Shown piece after piece: positions 59,803-64,000 of a stretch of 64,000 nucleotides of DNA (its first letter is position 1; each line of letters begins with the position of its first letter). This DNA is from Bacteroidota bacterium (lineage in GTDB: Bacteria > Bacteroidota > Bacteroidia > M30B66). The stretch lies in assembly GCA_027483445.1 (NCBI GenBank), contig JAIXUS010000005.1:140927-204926 (forward strand), given 5' to 3'. A program made the translations under genes and the position numbers. The notes under the pieces are model-generated. The model was not told where the DNA came from. It made no database searches and saw only the letters and a list, made by a program, of their open reading frames with translations.

Positions 59803-60552
59803 CTATTGGCGATTGGCGCCAGCCAGAAAGTAGTATTCGCTACCATCTTGAAAATGCTGGCAAAACTTTTCAAGGGTAAGGGGTTTTTCATTTTTTAAAA
59901 AACCTCCAAGGGTGAAGGTTGAAAGCCCAAGCGATGAAAGCAGGCTAAACATGGCTTCAGGCCTGGCCTCGTAGTATTCGGCCGAACCTAAGCCAAACTC
60001 AAAAAGAATGTAGGGCATGCAGCTTTCAATGAGTGAAGTTCCTCCGGCAATTACATCCAGTTCTCCGCCTTCCACATCAATCTTAATTAACTTGATCTTG
60101 TTGGGAATCTCTTTACCGACAAGGTCATCCAACCGCTTTACCTCTACCTCTATTTCAATGATTTCGGGAGCTTCAACTGCGTAGTTTCTTCTTCGTAGCC
60201 CGCTATATGCCGGAGCGTTTTTTACCCATGAAAAACAGGCTTTTCCCGGCGCTTTGCCCAAAGCATAAGGGAAAATTCGCATGCGCTGTCCATATTTTGA
60301 TTTCAACCGCATTTGTAAATCCGGAATCGGCTCGAATCCACTGTGGGTGCCCTTTGGCGAACAGGCTAACATCCAATCGCTGAACTCGCCTTTGTGGCAC
60401 CCAATGTCGAGGCAATTGTCGCCATCGTGGATAATTTGACGCATGATAAGCCAGGCCTGGCGATCATACTGCATATTCCGGGTAAGCGGCAATCCCGAAC
60501 GAATAAGCCAGGGCTTGAGGGTACGCTTTAAAAACTCTCTGAATACGCTCAT
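59803..60552 (-). CDS. FkbM family SAM-dependent methyltransferase
   Basis: Block DGDNCLDIGCHKGEFSDWM (SAM-binding motif I). Typical FkbM length of ~250 aa. Confidence 0.7.
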   Translation of the reverse strand: MSVFREFLKRTLKPWLIRSGLPLTRNMQYDRQAWLIMRQIIHDGDNCLDIGCHKGEFSDWMLACSPKGTHSGFEPIPDLQMRLKSKYGQRMRIFPYALGKAPGKACFSWVKNAPAYSGLRRRNYAVEAPEIIEIEVEVKRLDDLVGKEIPNKIKLIKIDVEGGELDVIAGGTSLIESCMPYILFEFGLGSAEYYEARPEAMFSLLSSLGLSTFTLGGFLKNEKPLTLEKFCQHFQDGSEYYFLAGANRQ

Positions 60553-61991
60553 TGTTTGACGATTGGCGTTTGTCCGACCACCACACCATTTTTATCGAGA
60601 TACAGAATTCTATACAGACCCCGCGAATGCTGCGAAATATCAAGTTCTTCCAGCTCAGATTGAATGATTCTAGTTTGCAGCGTCCTGCCATCTACACCAA
60701 TAAGTTTCAGCATGGTCGCATTCTCCGGAAAGCGCACCTTAAAAATGCCCGTAGAACTGGGGTTGGGAAAGGCCATTACTGACTTATCGCTTTTTTCAAG
60801 CACCTTGATTCCGACCTGTACCGGAACATTGTTGCAATCGAAATCGGCCTTGCTGAAGGCAATGCTGGTTTGACCAGGCGCAAACTCCTCTGAGGTGCCA
60901 ACAAAGCCAAAGCCATCGCTCGCTAAAACAATGGTCGAAACGTCGCTATCGTCGGCCCCAGGGTACACAAACGTGCATTGTAGTATGGGGTCGGGCGTGA
61001 ACCGAAAAGCCGCCGCTCTAATCAGGGTGTTGTCCTTGTAATTAATCGCCACCACAAAGGCATTCACTGCCTCAAGATAGGCGAGATCGCGAATCTCAAA
61101 GCTTTGACCGGGGTCTGAGGAAGATGAAAAAGTAGTGAGCATGTCCCCATTTTGACGATCCATCAGGTGAATCTTCGTTTGGAATTGATCGGGACCAAGC
61201 AAGGTATTGCCCACCACAAATAAGTCGCCACCCGGAACCGGAAGCAGTCCAACCAAATGGTCATCCTCCGAAAAAGCATGCATCCTTTCCTGAATCAACT
61301 CGCCGTCTGCTGTCCACCAGGACAAATGGTAGTCGTTGCTATTGTTGCTTGGGTTGAAGCGCGAACCAACCATTACAATCGTGTCGCCATCCATCGCACA
61401 AATGCCACCTGCACGCTGAGCCTCAGTTCCGGGAAGCACCTCATTCCAAAGCACATTGCCATCCGCCGATAGGCGCAAAAGCTGCATATTCCCGTTCGAA
61501 GACTCAGCCCCAAATGTTTGCAAGCAAATGGCCAGGGAGCCATCGCTTAGCTCGGTTGCCGACCTGAAAAAATCCCAATCTGAACTGCCCTCAACACGTT
61601 CCCAAAGCACAGCTCCACTTTCATCAATCAGAATAAGTCGTACATTATAGTCGCCATCGAGCCCAGTTGCGGTATTGCCACACACCAAAACATTCCCATT
61701 TTGGAGGCGAAGTAAATCGACAGCCTGATCGCTGTATTCGCCACCATAGAGCTTAAACCACTGTTGCTCTCCAAGCGAATCGGTTTTAATAACAACCATA
61801 TCGCCGTTTTGTGATTCCCAGCCTCCGGTTGAACCCAAAATGAGGAAGCCATTGTCGGAAACTTCAACAGCGGCAGCGCCTTGATTAAAGGCTCCATAAG
61901 CTCCATAAGTTCTGTTGAATAGGTTTTGGGCTTCACCAGAAAAGCCCATCAACAGGTACACTAAACCCAAAATCTGTCCAATGCTCTTCAT
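60549..61991 (-). CDS. Secreted protein with beta-propeller-like repeats and T9SS type A C-terminal sorting domain
   Basis: Signal peptide. The C-terminal ~85 aa (MAFPNPSSTGIFKVRF...GLYRILYLDKNGVVVGQ) match the Por CTD. Internal DG-rich repeats are present. Confidence 0.6.
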   Translation of the reverse strand: MKSIGQILGLVYLLMGFSGEAQNLFNRTYGAYGAFNQGAAAVEVSDNGFLILGSTGGWESQNGDMVVIKTDSLGEQQWFKLYGGEYSDQAVDLLRLQNGNVLVCGNTATGLDGDYNVRLILIDESGAVLWERVEGSSDWDFFRSATELSDGSLAICLQTFGAESSNGNMQLLRLSADGNVLWNEVLPGTEAQRAGGICAMDGDTIVMVGSRFNPSNNSNDYHLSWWTADGELIQERMHAFSEDDHLVGLLPVPGGDLFVVGNTLLGPDQFQTKIHLMDRQNGDMLTTFSSSSDPGQSFEIRDLAYLEAVNAFVVAINYKDNTLIRAAAFRFTPDPILQCTFVYPGADDSDVSTIVLASDGFGFVGTSEEFAPGQTSIAFSKADFDCNNVPVQVGIKVLEKSDKSVMAFPNPSSTGIFKVRFPENATMLKLIGVDGRTLQTRIIQSELEELDISQHSRGLYRILYLDKNGVVVGQTPIVKQ

Positions 61992-63253
61992 ATATCCAGT
62001 GCGTATCGAATAAAGATTCCATTCCCGGAGAAACGTTTCGCGCCAATCCAGCCTTCAGGGGCAAAAATAACCATGGACAGTTGATTCGCTTTGTAACGAT
62101 AAGCCATTCTAAATCTGCTATTTAAGCCGCCAAATCCGCCGTAAATGGCATCAATGCCAAGTTCGAAATGTGTGCCTAGTTGCCTGTTGTAGCCCAACGT
62201 GAACTGTGGACGCATTCCCGGAAGGGCCCGATACTCGGCTTCCAGCATCAATCGCTGGTTATGACGGGCACTGAGCTCAAATGAAACCGCCGTGTGCAGT
62301 CGAAATGGAAACAATCGCATGCCCGAAGCCTGCTCCTCATTGCCCCGCAAACGCCTTAGCAGGCTGTCGCCAAGTACAAAATTGGTGTCGTTAAACGTAA
62401 TGACATCTCCGAACCATAATCCCGTAAACCGGAATGATGTATCTCTTTGAATATCATTTGTTTGGTTGTTCCAATGGATGAAACCAAAATCGTTCAAAGA
62501 AGCTTCGACAAACCACTTGCGTTGGCTCACCGGCGTATAAATGAAGCGCAGATTGAGGGCAGCCCCTGCCGATGGATAATTGTTCCAGGCATTGGCCCCT
62601 GGCGACGAAGACCGAATTCTTCCCTTCCAACGCACGTCTAAAAATGTTCCCGAAGTGTCGGTGAACAGTGAGGCTTCCTCCAGCCGAACATCGCTGTTGC
62701 TTACGCCTCTCATGGCTTGTAAACCGGCCTCAAACCCCCATGTTTCAAAGCGTTTACGATACGAAAGGCGGAAGAAATTGTACCTCAACGCATAAAAGCT
62801 GCTATTGCTGAGATTGGCGCTTTGGCCAGCAAAATCTTCGTTCCCTCGAAAGGCCAAACTAAAGGCATCGTTGCTAAACCGCAAGGCAAACAAACTTTCT
62901 GTTCCCGCCGAAATCTGAAGCGCTGATCCATTGGCCTTTGCCGAACTGTCGGGGAAAAACAACGCCGATGCCGAGTAGCCAAACGCCGCTCCGAAACGGT
63001 TGTCTCCTTTGAATCTATCTTCTACGGAGGTTTTTAGAACGTCATCAATAAATCCGGGGTCGATAAATCGGTTTGAGAAAGCCGCCGGAATTGTGGTGCT
63101 TTGGGTTTGTCCGCCCGCAGAAAGGCTAAATAATGCCCGGCCGGCGGGATGAAATTCCGGTACCCGATAAATCGAGTCGCTGCGAAGAGCCTGCGCAACA
63201 CCAAAGGCTGGCAATGCCAAGCAGAAAATATAGAACAGACGTGTTTTCATCAT
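61988..63253 (-). CDS. Hypothetical outer-membrane beta-barrel protein
   Basis: Signal peptide, amphipathic beta-strand pattern and C-terminal ...IRYALDI. It overlaps its neighbours by 4 nt on each side (operon). Family not recognised. Confidence 0.45.
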   Translation of the reverse strand: MMKTRLFYIFCLALPAFGVAQALRSDSIYRVPEFHPAGRALFSLSAGGQTQSTTIPAAFSNRFIDPGFIDDVLKTSVEDRFKGDNRFGAAFGYSASALFFPDSSAKANGSALQISAGTESLFALRFSNDAFSLAFRGNEDFAGQSANLSNSSFYALRYNFFRLSYRKRFETWGFEAGLQAMRGVSNSDVRLEEASLFTDTSGTFLDVRWKGRIRSSSPGANAWNNYPSAGAALNLRFIYTPVSQRKWFVEASLNDFGFIHWNNQTNDIQRDTSFRFTGLWFGDVITFNDTNFVLGDSLLRRLRGNEEQASGMRLFPFRLHTAVSFELSARHNQRLMLEAEYRALPGMRPQFTLGYNRQLGTHFELGIDAIYGGFGGLNSRFRMAYRYKANQLSMVIFAPEGWIGAKRFSGNGIFIRYALDI

Positions 63254-63981
63254 CGAACCTCAATGCGGTAAATGCCACGTCCGCTCAGCTGAAGCTTAAG
63301 CTTATAATGGGTGTAAACGGGTAAAAGTGTGTTCTCGGGAACGGTATTCAACCTCGACTCCACAACGATAAATCGAGTCTTTTCCAGTTTTTCGAGCTTA
63401 GCAGGACTGATATTCGTTGTGAGAACCGATTTTCGGGGCTGGGTTACTTTCAGGTCGGAATCTACCGGCGCGGCCTCGATGAGCTGGCCTCCAAAAAGTG
63501 AATCCATTCTCACCTTGTTCACATCGAGCAACCAAAGTGTAGTGCTAAGTTGATATGGAAAGCCATTCTCTGCATGCAAACGGAGCATGGCTTCCTGAAC
63601 AGGACTTTCTGTGGCTTCTTCAACGCCCTCAAATTCGAGTGTATCGCGGAATACCAAACTATTTGCTGAGAACCGAAGCGGAAGGTTCAATTGCAGCTTC
63701 ACCTTGGCATTGCTGGAGCTGTAGATAAAATCGTTTCCACTGCTGATGTTACCCAATGGATTCACCTCCGCATCAACGTCGTAATAGAGTTCATCCGGCA
63801 GTGCCTCAATAAAAGCCTTTAGGTTCGAATTGCCGGTATTGAGGCTGTAAGTCTTTTGGGTGGGAGTGTATGGCAAACCGGATTGCGGAACCTCCGAAGC
63901 GCGGGCCAGTCGCTGCGCATTTCCTATGATGGGGTGTGAAAGATTCACTTCCGTTCCGGTGGTTGACTTCCGACCTTTCAA
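63250..63981 (-). CDS. Hypothetical protein, possibly N-terminally truncated by the window edge
   Basis: ORF 63250..63981(-) is translationally coupled to the downstream OMP gene. The first Met in the window is at 63981, but the frame may continue past 64000. Confidence 0.4.
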   Translation of the reverse strand: MKGRKSTTGTEVNLSHPIIGNAQRLARASEVPQSGLPYTPTQKTYSLNTGNSNLKAFIEALPDELYYDVDAEVNPLGNISSGNDFIYSSSNAKVKLQLNLPLRFSANSLVFRDTLEFEGVEEATESPVQEAMLRLHAENGFPYQLSTTLWLLDVNKVRMDSLFGGQLIEAAPVDSDLKVTQPRKSVLTTNISPAKLEKLEKTRFIVVESRLNTVPENTLLPVYTHYKLKLQLSGRGIYRIEVR

Positions 63982-64000
63982 CTCGGTAATCAGAAAGGAG

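Noticed and set aside
1-64000. CRISPR arrays, toxin-antitoxin pairs, restriction-modification or other known defence systems
   Set aside because: No short direct-repeat/spacer arrays, Cas-like, methyltransferase/endonuclease pairs or small convergent TA-like gene pairs were seen by eye. The only methyltransferase (FkbM family at 59803) is a small-molecule or sugar O-methyltransferase type.

Overview
This window reads as an ordinary chromosomal segment of a Bacteroidota genome, probably a gliding Cytophagia/Sphingobacteriia/Flavobacteriia-type organism. The evidence is multiple T9SS C-terminal sorting domains (type A and type B), a SprB-repeat giant adhesin followed by PorP/SprF and OmpA-family genes, and an AT-moderate intergenic TAnnTTTG-type promoter motif. 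GC content and codon style look uniform, with no sign of horizontal transfer. Nothing resembling a transposase, integrase, phage gene, CRISPR array or known defence module was seen.

From start to end the window contains:
- the 3' part of a T9SS type-B-sorted surface protein (5'-truncated by the window);
- a standalone tRNA-Gln(TTG) with promoter and terminator;
- a DUF2723/TMEM260-like large membrane protein, a NodB polysaccharide deacetylase and a PlsC-family acyltransferase;
- a phytoene-desaturase-family oxidoreductase;
- two paralogous M43 (pappalysin/cytophagalysin-type) zinc metalloproteases with T9SS CTDs;
- a 2515-aa SprB-repeat adhesin, then PorP/SprF, then an OmpA/TPR/PD40 protein;
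- ComEC, a saccharopine dehydrogenase-like gene and NrnA;
- four tandem FKBP-type PPIases;
- a standalone Hpt protein, a ClC channel, a TonB-dependent receptor, a LOG-family protein and UvrA;
- a single-chain tandem retropepsin-like aspartyl protease overlapping a 4xCBM48 protein;
- a minus-strand exopolysaccharide export locus (SLT, WecA-like, RfbC, Wzc BY-kinase, Wza, GT4, AsnB);
- LpdA and a divergent cyanophycinase/cyanophycin synthetase pair;
- an FkbM methyltransferase, a T9SS type-A CTD protein and outer-membrane beta-barrel proteins.

I could not identify a clear-cut new multi-gene system. The signals not explained by the annotation are:
- an identical 21-bp doubly palindromic element (AAACGTTT repeated at 10-bp phase) present at two separate intergenic loci;
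- two ~600-700 bp ORF-free regions sitting between convergent genes, which are candidate ncRNA loci;
- the overlapping retropepsin/CBM48 gene pair.
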